Positions 37,259 to 49,850 of a stretch of 64,000 nt of DNA are shown piece by piece. Under the pieces are notes generated by a model that did not search any database, was not told the DNA's origin, and saw only the letters and a list, made by a program, of their open reading frames with translations. The stretch covers positions 23,746,001 through 23,810,000 of the forward strand of contig NC_042998.1 in NCBI RefSeq assembly GCF_006345805.1, given 5' to 3'. The DNA is from Octopus sinensis. Taxonomy: Eukaryota. The position numbers and the translations under genes were made by a program. Each line of letters begins with the position of its first letter. Within the stretch, counting starts at the first letter, position 1.

Positions 37259-37559
37259 GAGAACACTATTTTTATATGTTTTTTTTTTCCCTATGCTGGT
37301 ATGAGTATGGAGGGTCTGTTTCAAAACAAGAATTTTTTTTTAATTGTTGCATCTTCTTTTGTGAGGCTCAGCATCTTGAAACCAGTCTTCACAACTTCTA
37401 CTCATTTCTTTGCTGGTCCTTGTCTTCCACATGATGTTTCTCCTTGTACCATTTGATCTTTCCCCCACCCCTTAACTACCAATCTTTTGTGCATCACATG
37501 TCCATGCCATCACAGTCATTGCACTTGCAACTTATAAAACATGATCCTTTATTGCACAC

Positions 37560-37940
37560 TCTCTCTTTTTACTTGTTTCAGTCATTTGACTGTGGCCATA
37601 CTGGAGCACCGCCTTTAATCGAGCAACTCTCCTCCAGGACTTATTCTTTGTAAGCCTAGTACTCATTCTATTGGTTTCTTTTGCCGAACCACTAAGTTAC
37701 GGGGACGTAACACACCATCATCGGTTGTCAAGCGATGTTGGTGGGGGGACAAACACAGACACACAAATGTAGACACAAACACACATATACGATGGGCTTC
37801 TTTCAGTTTCCGCCTACAAAGCTTTGGTAGGCCCAAGGCTATAATAGAAGACATTTGTCCAAGGTGCCACACAGTGGGACTGAACCTGGAACCATGTAGT
37901 TGGTAAGCAAGCTAATTACCACTCACCAACTCCTACACCT
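37560..37940 (-). mobile_element. Family A SINE
   Basis: Head, core and tail. Confidence 0.85.
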
Positions 37941-38021
37941 ATGAATTATTTTGAATTATTGAAATAAAGATTTAAAAAAAAAAAAATACCCAATCATGTA
38001 GACAATATATTAAACCATTAA

Positions 38022-38225
38022 AGGTGGTAAGCTCGCAGAAACATTAGCATGCCAGGTGAAATGCTTAGCAGTATTTCGTCTGTCTTTACATTCTGTGTTC
38101 AAATTCCATGAAAGTCGACTTTGCCTTTCATCCTTTTGGGGTCGATAAATTAAGTACCAGTTGCATACTGGGGTTGATTTAATCGACTGGTTCCCTTCCC
38201 CAAAAATTTCAGGCCTTGTGCCTAG
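38022..38225 (+). mobile_element. Family C2 SINE
   Basis: ggtggtaagctcgcagaaacattagc...gactttgcctttcatccttttggggtcgataaattaagtaccag...ggccttgtgcc. Confidence 0.75.
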
Positions 38226-39999
38226 AGCAGTGCCCAAATTGTTCTCTTTAATTTATTACCAAAAATCTTAGTGTACTAGGCCTACAAAGACTATGTCCTA
38301 GGGTTGATTTGTTCGACTAAAGGTGATGCTCCAGTATGGCCACAGTCAAATGACTGAAACGAGTAAATAAATTATCTTGGCACAGATGTATATATTTTTA
38401 AAGTGAACAAGATGTTCAAATGTTCAAGTTTCTCCCCAAGAGAAACTTGAAACTGGAACTAATTGCTCCCTGCCTTAGGTTCTAGATATTTCCCTTGGCT
38501 AGTCTATTTCTTCCACATATTCCAGGGTTGTTAATTATAGTACTATCTGCTATACTATTCCATGATGCTCTTCTTCATCTATAAATCTTAGCTGTGACTT
38601 CCTGGATGCTATCCTTTCAGAACATCCAGCTAGCCTCTCTGTTGTCAATTTGTATTTCTTCCTTATTGTAATTAATATCACCTGATGATGTTTAGATGAT
38701 GTTTCAGCTTGCAGACAGCAATTTTTAACACCCATACTTTCTTATCCCTGCTGGTCTTTTGTTCCCAAGTCTTTCTAACTAATGTTCCTATCTACATTCG
38801 TGTTGATATATAAATATAAGAGGGAATTTTTTACCACTATGTGGAAACCCTTATGCTGGAAGAAGATCCGCTATGGTCTTAACCACTAAGAGTTGTTCTC
38901 TAGAAAATTTAGCAAGCACCAGAAACGTAAGCGAGCAAGACAAATGAAAAGTAACAAAAATATAGATTAATCATAAACAATTGTTTCACTATCAATAAAT
39001 TATGTAATTTTACTTACACAATTTATCTCTATGTATGTAATACTATTTACTGAATCTCAGTTTTTTTATATGCTAGACCACTGGTGTTAAAATTGATGTT
39101 ATCAAATTAATATCCAATGTTTCACCCTCATTTTGATTTTAATTTACATTTGTGTTGAGGTATACATGTCTCACTAGGAAAGGCTTCAGTATAACAACCA
39201 TCTACCTGTCTCTTTTTTGAGTATAAATCCAGCAAGGTGTTCTGATACCCGTATGTCCCTTCCAGCAAGAGACATGTACCTTGTTTAGCTTTCTGAGATT
39301 CATGGTGCAAATAAGTCACTTGCACAAAATTCCTGGACTGGTTTCCTTTATCACGGGAAAAAGAAACCCATATCTTTCCTATGCATTAGCAAAAACTACT
39401 TTTATATTGAAGGATATCTTTCAGAGTGCACACCTTCCTAGATGTGTCATCTTAGCTACAGCTGAAAAAGCCATACATCTTCTTGCTGGTTAGTAATTGG
39501 ATTGGAATGAGAGAGAGAAAGCTTGAGAGAGGGAGGAAGGATTGGAAGCTTAGGTTATTGCAATTATCTGTGTCTCAATACCAATGATGTCATTTATTCT
39601 AGGTTAGGTGTTTCAGAGAGTCATACCTGGGGAAATCATTATGATGTTGGTCTACAACCAGAAGAAACAAACAGTGTGGTTGCTATATAATGACTGTACA
39701 TTTTCTAATCTGTTGAGCGATTCTCTCATACTCTTACGAACTGTTGATATGGTATTGGACTACCAGCTAATAAAGCCAAGGTTTTAATTCCACTGTAGCT
39801 GCTTTACTGTGCATTAAGGGAATAGGTACGCTTCATTCTATAGACTTTGAGTACAAGGAATAGATACCATAACATCAGGAAATGTTACCAAAGTAAACTG
39901 GTATCATATCCTGGAGAGATTTGTCATTTGTTTAAGATCAAGATATCAGTGTGCTATAGAAGAAGATTGCTCTTTAACTATAAGGTTTCAAGTTTGATC

Positions 40000-40175
40000 T
40001 ATTAAATAGGACTGGTTGAATACAAGATTCGTTGAATCACCTATGAGGTGGAGTCAAAAGGTGCTTGGACTTGCTTTGTAGTGTGCCAACAGATGGCAGC
40101 ATACTGTTGCATGTGCAGTGAGAGCTAGCAGTGATCTCTCATGAGGTTGTGTGCTGAGTGACATTGCCTGTTTTG
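40000..40175 (+). repeat. Local duplicate of a mariner 5' end together with its flank
   Basis: attaaataggactggttgaatac...cacctatgaggtgg.gtcaaaaggtgcttggac...gagtgacattgc also occurs at 42260-42430. Confidence 0.8.
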
Positions 40176-41191
40176 GGGTAAGCGTCTTCTACTATAGCTT
40201 GGTTGAAAAATCTATGTGGAAGTCTATCAAATGGTCTGTTTTTATTCCTATGCTGGACTTAATCTATAGACTGGGTTAACATAAACTTTTGGCTCTTGGG
40301 TTCAAGCCAGATCTTCTGCTTGAGGATATCTTGTTTCTTCCCTCCCACAATTCTCTGAAAAGGGTCATAGGCCTGTCCTCTCTCTTCTGAGTTACGAAAA
40401 AAACCCAAAAAACATTAGCCATTCTTAAAAGCCTGTTCAAGGCTTAGGCCATATTTGAGTTACATCTAATATTGTAGAGGAAATAATATGAAATAATATC
40501 TTTCCAATGTTGAACACCTGAAGGAAAAAATAGCATAATCATTAACACACCTTAATGACTTTGACTAAAAGAAGCGATTAAGAAAATATAAGTGAGAAAC
40601 AGTGGTATAATTATTGAATCAATAGTCATTAACTCTGAGTTCATTCTTATGAAATTAAAATACTCCAAGCAGTTCATTAATTTTATTTCTGATTGATGTA
40701 TATTACTTATTTAATGATTTGAAAATTTTTTTCTTCAGTTAATTTTCTACATGAAATAAAATAATGATAATATATGCAGGTATGGATAGTTTCCAGTGTG
40801 GCTGTGTGGTAAGAAGTTTGCTTCTCAACCACATGGTTTCAGAATCTGTCCCACGATGTGGTACATTGGATAAGTACCTTCTAAAGAGCCAGCCAACCAA
40901 AGCCTTGTGATTTGATTTGATAAGCAAAAACTGAAAGAATACTGTTGTGTATATATATATATATATAAATGAAAGAATGGAGTCGAACGAAGATGTTAAC
41001 AAAATTCCTTTACTCTCAACATTTGTTTCGAAGACAACATGTTTTCATTCCAAAGGAATAAAGGGTGCATTATGCAATCTTCTCATCAGGAAAGAAAGGG
41101 AGCCAGGTTTTGGTTAAACGAATTTTCCATGCTGATGATAAACATAGGATAATTCATTCACCTATATATATGTGTGTGTGTGTGTGTGTGT

Positions 41192-41226
<35 letters not shown>

Positions 41227-41334
41227 ATTATCTGTGTATGTGTGTGTATGCATTGTGTGTGTGTGTGTGTGTGTGTTTGAATGTATCTATGTTTGTATCT
41301 CTTGATAGTTGCATGATAGTTGTAAATGAGTGCC

Positions 41335-41600
41335 CCTGTCATACAAGCGGTGTCGTTATTTTCCAATATTCTGTGAAAACTTAGTTGGAAACAGGTATGT
41401 GTTGGTGACAAGAAGGGCATCCAGCTGTAGAAAACTGCCTCAAAAGAACCTCCATCTGACCCATGCAAGCATGGAAAAGTGGGAGTTAGAATGATGATGA
41501 TGTGGGAGTTAGAATGATGATTATGATGTGGGAGTTAGAATGATGATGATGATGATGTGGGAGTTAGAATGATGATGATGATGTGGGAGTTAGAATGATG
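41335..41600 (+). mobile_element. Family B-like 3' end with the terminal motif reiterated five times
   Basis: gaagggcatccagctgtag...gcatggaaaa then [gtgggagttagaat(gat)n] x5. Confidence 0.75.
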
Positions 41601-41880
41601 GTTCTGGGTTCAATTCCACTGCATGGCACCTTGGGCAAGTGTCTTCTTCTTTACCCTTGGGCTGACCAAAGCCTTGTAAGTGAATTTGGTAGATGGAAAC
41701 TGAAAGAAGCCCATTGTATATATACAACTTGTTGCTAAACCCTTAATTATTGTTATAATAATATATAAAAAAAAACGTGTTGTATAAGTTTTTACCGAAT
41801 ATGGTTCTTTTCCATACAGAAACTACTTTGATAAAATTTGTTAATTTATTAAATTGATAATTTTTTACCCTATATCTGTA

Positions 41881-41938
<58 letters not shown>

Positions 41939-43069
41939 CTGTCTTTGTCCCCACCACTGTCACACTGATGTTGGTGTGTTTATGTCCCTGTAACTTAGCG
42001 GTTTGGCAAAAGTGACCGATAGAGTAAGTACTAGGCTTACTTCATTTGACTGAAGGTGGTGCTCCTTCATAGCTGCAGTGAAATGACTAAAACAAGTAAA
42101 AGAATAAAAAAATGAAGAGTTTATAAAAACGGCTAAAATGTACGCAAGTAATCCATTCTAGTCTTTATATCTGTCTGTGTGTCGCAATTCAAGTGTAAAA
42201 AAAATAGGTGCAAGTATGCTTGTGTGGTTAAAAAGTTTGATTTGTGACTACAAGGTTGGTATTAAATAGGACTGGTTGAATACTAGATTGGTCGAATCAC
42301 CTATGAGGTGGGGTCAAAAGGTGCTTGGACTTGCTTTGTAGTGTACCAACAGATCGCGGCAGCATACTGTTGCATGTGCAGTGAGAGCTAGCAGTGATCT
42401 CTCATGAAGCAGTGTGCTGAGTGACATTGCTGTTTTACTCTTTTACTTGTTTCAGTCATTTGACTGCAGCCATGCTGGAGCATCGCCTTTTAGTCGAACA
42501 AATCGACCCCAGGACTTATTCTTTGTAAGCCCAGTACTTATTCTATTGGTCTCTTTTGCCGAACTGCTAAGTAACGGGGACGTAAACACACCAGCATCGG
42601 TTGTCAAGCAATGCTAGGGGGACAAACACAGACACACAAACACATACATACACATATATATATATATACATATATACGACAGGCTTCTTTCAGTTTCCAT
42701 CTACCAAATCCACTCACAAGGCATTGGTCGGCCCGGGGCTATAGCAGAAGACACTTGCCCAAGATGCCACGCAGTGGGACTGAACTCGGAACCATGTGGT
42801 TGGTTAGCAAGCTACTTACCACACAGCCACTCCTGCGCCATTGCCGTTTTTATTTCACAAGTCATGAAATTTGTGTTTCTGCGATCACCTGTATGCTGTA
42901 GTCTGTGATTTTGTAGCAGACGAGGAAAAAGAGCTCACATGAAATTTTGCGTTAAACTTGGGAAGTCTACTGTAGAGACATGGAGTATGCTCTGGCAAGT
43001 TTACAGCGACAAGGCAATGGGTCATACACAATGTTTCAAGTGGCATGGCTGCTTCAAAAGCAGAAGAAT

Positions 43070-43074
<5 letters not shown>

Positions 43075-43107
<33 letters not shown>

Positions 43108-43300
43108 TGAAATTATTGTATACAGTGCTCAGGTGCACCACAACTTGTCAGAAAGTGCATATAAAGTATATGCAGTAATGTACAAATGTCTGGAAAGCGA
43201 ACAATGTATGAGTCAGATACATGCTTGTGTGTGTATGGAGGGGAGAAAATCAGGTGTAATGTTGGCGAATCTCAGGAAGCATGGAAGTTTTGAAGGAGAC
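43075..43300 (-). mobile_element. CR1-like family G 3' end with (AAT)n tail
   Basis: (aat)n gaaattattgtatacagtgctcaggtgcaccacaacttgtc... as at 24556. Confidence 0.85.
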
Positions 43301-43470
43301 AATGAGTGATCTGAAAGACATGCCATGAGGGTCACCTTTGGAAATGTGGAGAAAATTCATCAGTTTGTGCATGATGATAACAGGGGAGCAATCAACAACA
43401 TTGTTAATTATTTACATTATTTACATTATTTACATTTGACAGATATTTGTCCTCATCTTGTTTGTTGTTA

Positions 43471-43516
43471 AAACAACCTTTCGGCTGATATACCCTCCAC
43501 CCTTCATCAGGTGTCT
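43471..43516 (-). ncRNA. Degenerate minimal hammerhead-ribozyme-like motif (Penelope-like remnant 43405-43565)
   Basis: gacac-CUGAUGA-a-gggug(gagggtatat)cagcc-GAAA-ggtt-gtttt: core boxes intact, stems carry mismatches. Confidence 0.5.
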
Positions 43517-44704
43517 TGGGGAAATTTTGAACCTGGGTTCTCATTCCTATGGCATTTCATTCCTAAGGTGTATGTGTGTGTAGTATATGTTTGTGTGTCT
43601 GTGTTTGTCCCTGCAACATCACTTGACAATCGATGCTGGTGAGTTTACGTCCCCGTAACTTAACAGTTCGGCAAAAGAGACCGACAGAATAAGTACTAGG
43701 CTTACAAAGAATAAGTCCTGGGGTTGATTTGCTCGACTAAAGGCAGTGCTCCAGCATGGCCACAATCAAATGACTGAAACAAGTAAAAGAGTAAAGAGTA
43801 AAGAGAGTAAATGAGTCATTTTTTTTATTAAACATAACGAGTCTGGGAACCTTTTGATACCACCCCGTACACACATCTCCCAAATTTGGGTACTTAACGC
43901 CACTGTTGGAAATCAACATCCCTTTTAATAACATCTTCTTAGATATTTTCTTACCTTAAAAATAAACACGAGAGTGGAAAGGGTTAAACAATGTGTATTC
44001 AGTCATAAAAAATATCATATCTTCTCCAAGGCAATATATAAATGCTTAAATTTGCAAACCCAACCAACCCTAGCACGAAAATTGATATAAAATATACTAG
44101 TGCTAATATTTCTTTAACTAAAGTACATTTGTATATTATTTATGCAATTTCGAGCCATTTATTATACTGTTAGCATGAAAAATGTTCTTTTCCTTGTATT
44201 ATAATAACTTACCTTTCTTTTTCGTTTCAGCAATACACATGGCAATAAAACATTGCCAACTTTATTGATTGCCAATTTTTCTATCTTATATTTGTTAAAT
44301 ATTATACTTTGTAAGTGGTGGGTGTGTGAGAAAAATAAAAAAAAAAGAAGCAAAAAAAGCATTATTTAAATATATCAATATATTTATGAATGTCTTTATC
44401 AAACGAGATTTATATATCAGTTATTTTATAAAGGAGATAATCATTGTTACAAACAGTTACTAAGAGAATGAATAAATTGCCAAATAATAAATAAAGGTTA
44501 CTGAAGATTGGCAAAACAATACTATTCTATGTGTCTAAGACATGAATATCAGATGGCACCGGCTTGTGCAGCGTCATTCTTTGAAATGATAAATTAACTT
44601 TTGTATTCATCTGTCCATATGGTCTGGAATTCACACACAACAGAAAAGCATTATTATGAATTTGTACATACACGTGCGTGTGTGTATATACATATGTGTA
44701 TACG

Positions 44705-45113
44705 GTGCAGGAGTGGCTGTGTGGTAAGTAGCTTGCTAACCAACCACATGGTTCCGGGTTCAGTCCCACAGCGTGGCATCTTGGGCAAGTGTCTTCTGCT
44801 ATAGCCTTGGGCTGACCAAAGCCTTGTGAGTGGATTTGGTAGACGGAAACTGAAAGAAGCCTGTCGTATATATGTATATATATGTATGTGTGTGTATATG
44901 TTTGTGTGTCTGTGTTTGTCCCTCTAGCATTGCTTGACAACCGATGCTGGTGTGTTTACATCCCCGTCACCTAGCGGTTCGGCAAAAGAGACTGATAGAA
45001 TAAGTATTGGGCTTACAAAGAATAAGTCCTGGGGTCGATTTGCTCGACTAAAGGCAGTGCTCCAGCATGGCCGCAGACAAATGACTGAAACAAGTAAAAG
45101 ATTAAGAGTAAAA
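44705..45113 (+). mobile_element. Family A SINE, full length
   Basis: Head, core and tail. Confidence 0.9.
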
Positions 45114-45450
45114 GAGTATGTGTGTGTATATGTGTGTGCGTATGTGTGTGTGTGTATATGTGTGTGCATGTGGAGGCACATGGCTCAGTGGTTAGGGTGT
45201 TGCAATCATGATGGTAATATTCCTGCACCAGGCAGGGTGTTGTATTCATGAGCAAAACACTTCAATTTATGTCACCACAGTCCAATCGGCCGCCAGAAAA
45301 AAAAAGGGTCAGTCCAGCAACTGACCAGCATGCCATCCAGTGTGGGGGAATATATATATATATATATATATCAGTCGCCATGATAGATCGTTAGCCACCA
45401 CACACATTTTTTTTCTCTCCTTGTTTCTCTCTTTGTTTCTTCTGTGTCCC

Positions 45451-45484
45451 TTTCTGTAGAAGAACGTAGGCTCGAAACGTAAAA
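45451..45484 (+). ncRNA. Second degenerate minimal hammerhead-like motif
   Basis: ttt-CUGUAGA-a-gaac(gtag)gctc-GAAA-cg-UA-aaa; A6 is replaced by U and stem II has one mismatch. Confidence 0.35.
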
Positions 45485-45591
45485 AACTTTTTCTATTCCT
45501 GAGCATTATACTAATAGATCTGTTTGTTTTGTATACTACCTGTCTTCATCCTTTGTTTTTTCATAAACTCTCCCTATATATATGTATGTAT

Positions 45592-45720
45592 ACAGAGTGA
45601 TTTAAAAGTCTCCACACATAGGAAAAATTTATTTTTTTATAAGAAACAGTTTAAAAGATGCCCTAGATCCTCTGATCTGACCCCTCTTGACATCTATATT
45701 TGGGGGCATTCGAAAGACTG
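45592..45720 (+). mobile_element. Tc1-like MITE fragment (same family as 53090)
   Basis: TA cagagtgatttaaaagtc TIR-like start; RCPRSSDLTPLDIYIWGH. Confidence 0.65.
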
Positions 45721-45877
45721 TTCTCCTGGGGCTACAAGCTACAGTAGCATCTACCCTAAGTGGCTAGCCACATTTAAGTGGCAAATATACTTCACATTGT
45801 CGTGCAGCTACTGTTTATATCTCATTCAGAGATTTATTATTGCTTATATATATATATATGAATAAGTATTTAAAATA

Positions 45878-46505
45878 CTGATCATATCAGGTGGCTAGCA
45901 TGGGAATAAAAACCTCGTAGGTAATAATTATTATTAAAATTATAATTAAGGGTATCTAAGGGATACCACTATGCTAGATACAGCAGCCAAAAATTGACTC
46001 TAAAACCACATTAAATGTTCACACATCACCAGGAGAGAAGGCAAAGAGACAAAATAAACTTGCAAAAAAATTATTGGATAATTGTAGATCCAGGATTTCT
46101 GACTCTGCATAAAAAATGTTTTGCCTTCATCAGTGGAATATAGGCAAAATAGTACATAAATACAAATATATATATATACAACATACGAATACTTAGATAT
46201 ACATAGATATACACACATATATGTTTAAATTGCCCGCCTAAACTCCTCGTGCAATATGGTCAAAATACCACAGCAGTGAAAATAATGACGAAGTAAATAT
46301 ATAAATTTATATAAACAAGGATAACATCATTATTTAAAATACAGATCATATGAAGTGGCTAGCATGGGAATAAAAACCTCATAGGTAATAATTATTATTA
46401 ATAGGTAATAATTATTATTAAAATTATAATTAAGGGTACCTAAGAGATACCACCATGCTAGATATAACAGCCAAAATAAACTAGCAAAATAATTATTGGA
46501 TAATT
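45878..46505. repeat. Imperfect direct repeat of ~120 bp with ~465-bp spacing
   Basis: gtggctagcatgggaataaaaacctc.taggtaataattattattaaaattataattaagggta.ctaag.gatacca.catgctagata occurs at ~45890 and ~46355. Confidence 0.85.
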
Positions 46506-46565
<60 letters not shown>

Positions 46566-46568
46566 TGT

Positions 46569-47120
46569 CAGGTCACTTTCGAGCGCTACTGGTAAGATGT
46601 AACCCAGTACAACCTGTTGCATGGTCGGGTCATCCGCGACTAAACCAGCAACCCCACCAAGCTTGCTTGGTGCGGAGGGTGTTTGTTGGACACCCTGCGG
46701 GATGAAAAACAAAACCTGTCAAAGGGCGGAGGAACTCTTGAGAGTCAACGGCCATCCAATAAATGCCTTAAGGCTGTATCATGCGCGGGGACATAGAAAT
46801 AATCGGACTGAATACCCGATCGCGCGGTTAAAACAGTTGGGAGTGAAGGACTCCTAGCCTTTGTTAGGGCATCCTTCTAGGAGAAGGTAACTCAGGTAAC
46901 TGGGATAACGCCGACATAAAACCTGCGGCTCAGTGGTTACCGATGATGTTGACTTGTTCTTCTTTTCAGATTATGGCTGCTGTTGCTTAGTGAGTGGGAT
47001 TGACTCAGTGCACAGCCTTTCCTCACTTTAAAAAAAAGCTTCTTGCACAGGCATTGCACGATAACAACATTGATTAAGCTTCATGCAATGGCCATACTCG
47101 ATAACGAGGGGGCAGCTACC
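46569..47120 (+). mobile_element. Unclassified GC-richer element between (TATG)n tracts, possibly an RTE-derived non-autonomous element
   Basis: Sharp composition shift; contains ctaggagaaggtaactc (resembles remembered RTE 5' UTR motifs); atgtatgtatgt on both sides. Confidence 0.45.
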
Positions 47121-47989
47121 ATGTATGTATGTATATATAGAACACTGCATAATTGAGAATGCACATCTATATGGATACAAGAAATGAAAAGAAAACTGAA
47201 AAACCAAGACTTTGTGAACAAATTGCGTTAGAAATATTTTTTATCATGCTCACCATAACAAAGAGTGGGAATTAATAACTGGTTCTTTAGAACAATTAAA
47301 ACAATTGCTGTTTCAATCTTGTACTTAGGTTAACGATTTCTGTTTATCACATCTCTAAGTGATGGAACAAAAACACAGACACTAGTTTTGCAAGTGATGT
47401 CAAATGTAAAGACAAACACATACACACAGACATGCCTCTGACTTGTCACCAATTTACACTCATGAGGCTTTCGTTCACCCTAGGCTATGGTAGAAGATAC
47501 TTGCCCAAGGTGCCATGCTGTAGGACCAATAGATCAGTTTTTTAATTGATGTTCAAGTCTACTCCTTTATGCTAAAAGCTTCTATATAGCTGCTCAACCC
47601 TCTAGAAATAGTAGCTAAATCATCCACAAATTGTACCTACCACATCAGGTTATGTAGTCTTAGATACAACGACAAAAAAAATCCAAGAAAAACAGAAAAA
47701 AAAAGCAAGTCAGTCATGAAATAAATATAACAGAGGATGGTCGTAAATGGAATACACTGAACCTCAAAAATGTTTGATCACACTTGACCTATAGTTAAAC
47801 AACAAACACAAAACAGTAAAATAACTCTCCTTTACTCTCTTTTACTTGTTTCAGTCATTTGACCGTGGCCATGCTGGAGCAACTTGTTGTTGTTGTTGTT
47901 TCGTAGCCTCATCCAATTGTGCATGAACTGAAATTTGTCAAAATGATAAGATGAGGTTGCAATTTTAGAAGCCTCATTTTGAAGAGTAG

Positions 47990-48214
47990 TCTCTTTTACT
48001 TGTTTCAGTCATTCGACTGTGGCCACGCTGGAGCACTGCTTTTAGCCGAGCAAAACGACCCCAGGACTTATTCTTTGTAAGCTTTGTACTTATTCTATCG
48101 ATTTCTTTTGCCGAACCACTAAGTTACAGAGATGTAAACACACCAGCATCGGTTGTCAAGCGATGTTGGGGGAATAAACACAGATACACAAACGTATACA
48201 TACACACACATACC

Positions 48215-48258
<44 letters not shown>

Positions 48259-48415
48259 TACGACGGGCTCCTTTCAGTTTCCATCTACCAAATCTACTCA
48301 CAAGGCTTTAGTCAGCCTGATGGTATAGTAGAAGACACTTGCCCAAGGTGTCACGCAATGGGACTGAACCCGGGACCATGTGGTTAATAAGTAAGCTACT
48401 TACCACACAGCCACT
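47990..48415 (-). mobile_element. Family A SINE
   Basis: Head, core and tail. Confidence 0.85.
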
Positions 48416-49477
48416 ACTACGTTTTTTATTGATACTTTAGATTAGTGGTTTGCACCCAGTTATTCTTCTACAGTATACAAAATATTTTAACAATTTTTTA
48501 AAAACAATTCTTAATAATATTTAATTATAAAAATTATCATGGGGCTTTTTAAACATCAAATAGTTACGAGGGTCCTTCTGAAGAGCAAGAATCCACAGAA
48601 TGATAAATTTTCCATTGTTTACAGCATTCAGACTTAACAACAGTCAACAACCTTTCTCCTTTAGATTTGTTGTTACTTCCTTGGATTCTGGCCTTTACAT
48701 TATTTGTAGTTAATATAGAAATGTAATCCTGAGCAGTAAGCGAGCGATTGATAGTTATTGTTGTTATTGTTGATGTTGTTGTTCTTTCACTCAGTCTTAA
48801 AAAAAATAAACTTACAAGATTTTGACTTCAGAACTTTAAAGTCATCAAACGGTTATTTAAATGAACCATTTAATTTAGATTGGCTTTGTGTTAGTCAAAA
48901 GCTATCCAACATTTTGATATGGTTTTGAAGAAGGGAGATCAGAGAATATTCCTTTTTGTGCCCATAAAAGATCTAAATAATACATAAGGTGGATTAAAAG
49001 CAGAATATAACCTTTTATGAAACGAAACTATAAAGAGCTTTCTGTAATGGAATGAACAGGTGAACAAGTTGAGTTGATTTGTTCATTAATGGCAGGTAAG
49101 ATAGAATATTCAAAGTACGTCTAATGAAAATGGAAGTGACAGTGGTTGATACAACTTTGGAATAATATATGGTGAAGGTGTTCGTATAATTATATTTCAT
49201 CTACTTTCTCTTACTTTGATTCCCTCTTTTACTACGTTTCCTGTTTGTTTGATATTTTTCTTTATTGCTTGCGGAGGTAGGTAGGGATGTTCACATATGG
49301 ATTTATTTTTGCTAGCTCTGTGTTATAAACAAGATACATTTGCTATGTTTTTAGAATGTCCTTTTGAAACAGAATCAATTAGTGTGAGAATCATCTTCGG
49401 TTTTATTGCAATTAATACTGAGAAGGAAATATTTATAAATGTGAATATATATATAATTATATATATGTATATATATA

Positions 49478-49850
49478 TTGTGGCACTCTGTCGGTTATGA
49501 TGATGAGGGTTCCAGTTGATCCAATCAATGGAACAGCCTGCTTGTGAAATTAACGTGCAAGTGGCTGAGCACTCCACAGACACGTGTACCCTCAACGTAG
49601 TTCTCGGGGAGATTTAGCATGGCACAGAGTGTGACACAGCTGGCCCTTTGAAATACAGGTACAATGGAAATAGGAAGAAAGAGTGAGAGAAAATTGTGGT
49701 GAAAGAGTACAGCAGGGTTTGCTACCACCCCCTGCTGGAGCCTCGTGGAGCTTCAGGTGTTTTCGCTCAATAAACACTCACAACGCCAGTCTGGGAATCG
49801 AAACTGCGATCCTACAACTGGACGTCTGCTTTCCCTAACCACTGGGCCAT
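49478..49850 (-). mobile_element. Family D body with an alternative tRNA-like head
   Basis: Body matches 775-960; head tggcccagtggttaggg...ggtttcgattccc differs. Confidence 0.65.

Larger units (their letters stand above)
42304..43867 (+). mobile_element. Decayed mariner element with nested insertions
   Basis: TA|tgaggtggggtcaaaaggtgcttggact ... agtctgggaaccttttgataccaccccg|TA; transposase remnant MKFCVKLGKSTVETWSMLWQVYSDKAMGHTQCFKWHGCFKS; nested family A SINE 42437-42838 (TSD cattgc(t/c)gtttt), CR1 fragment, Penelope-like fragment and family A 3' half. Confidence 0.8.

Noticed and set aside
38480-39990. Possible decayed LINE RT or transposase region
   Set aside because: Only vague motif resemblance (for example PLIFIYIN) with many stops; not classifiable without a profile search.
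46569-46700. HDV-like ribozyme at the 5' end of the TATG-flanked element
   Set aside because: Hairpins are present, but I could not build the nested P1/P2/P3/P1.1 pseudoknot by eye.
48560-48795. ~80-codon open minus frame after a T-rich AAG acceptor
   Set aside because: The length is within chance expectation, it is partly a simple repeat, and no motif is recognisable.
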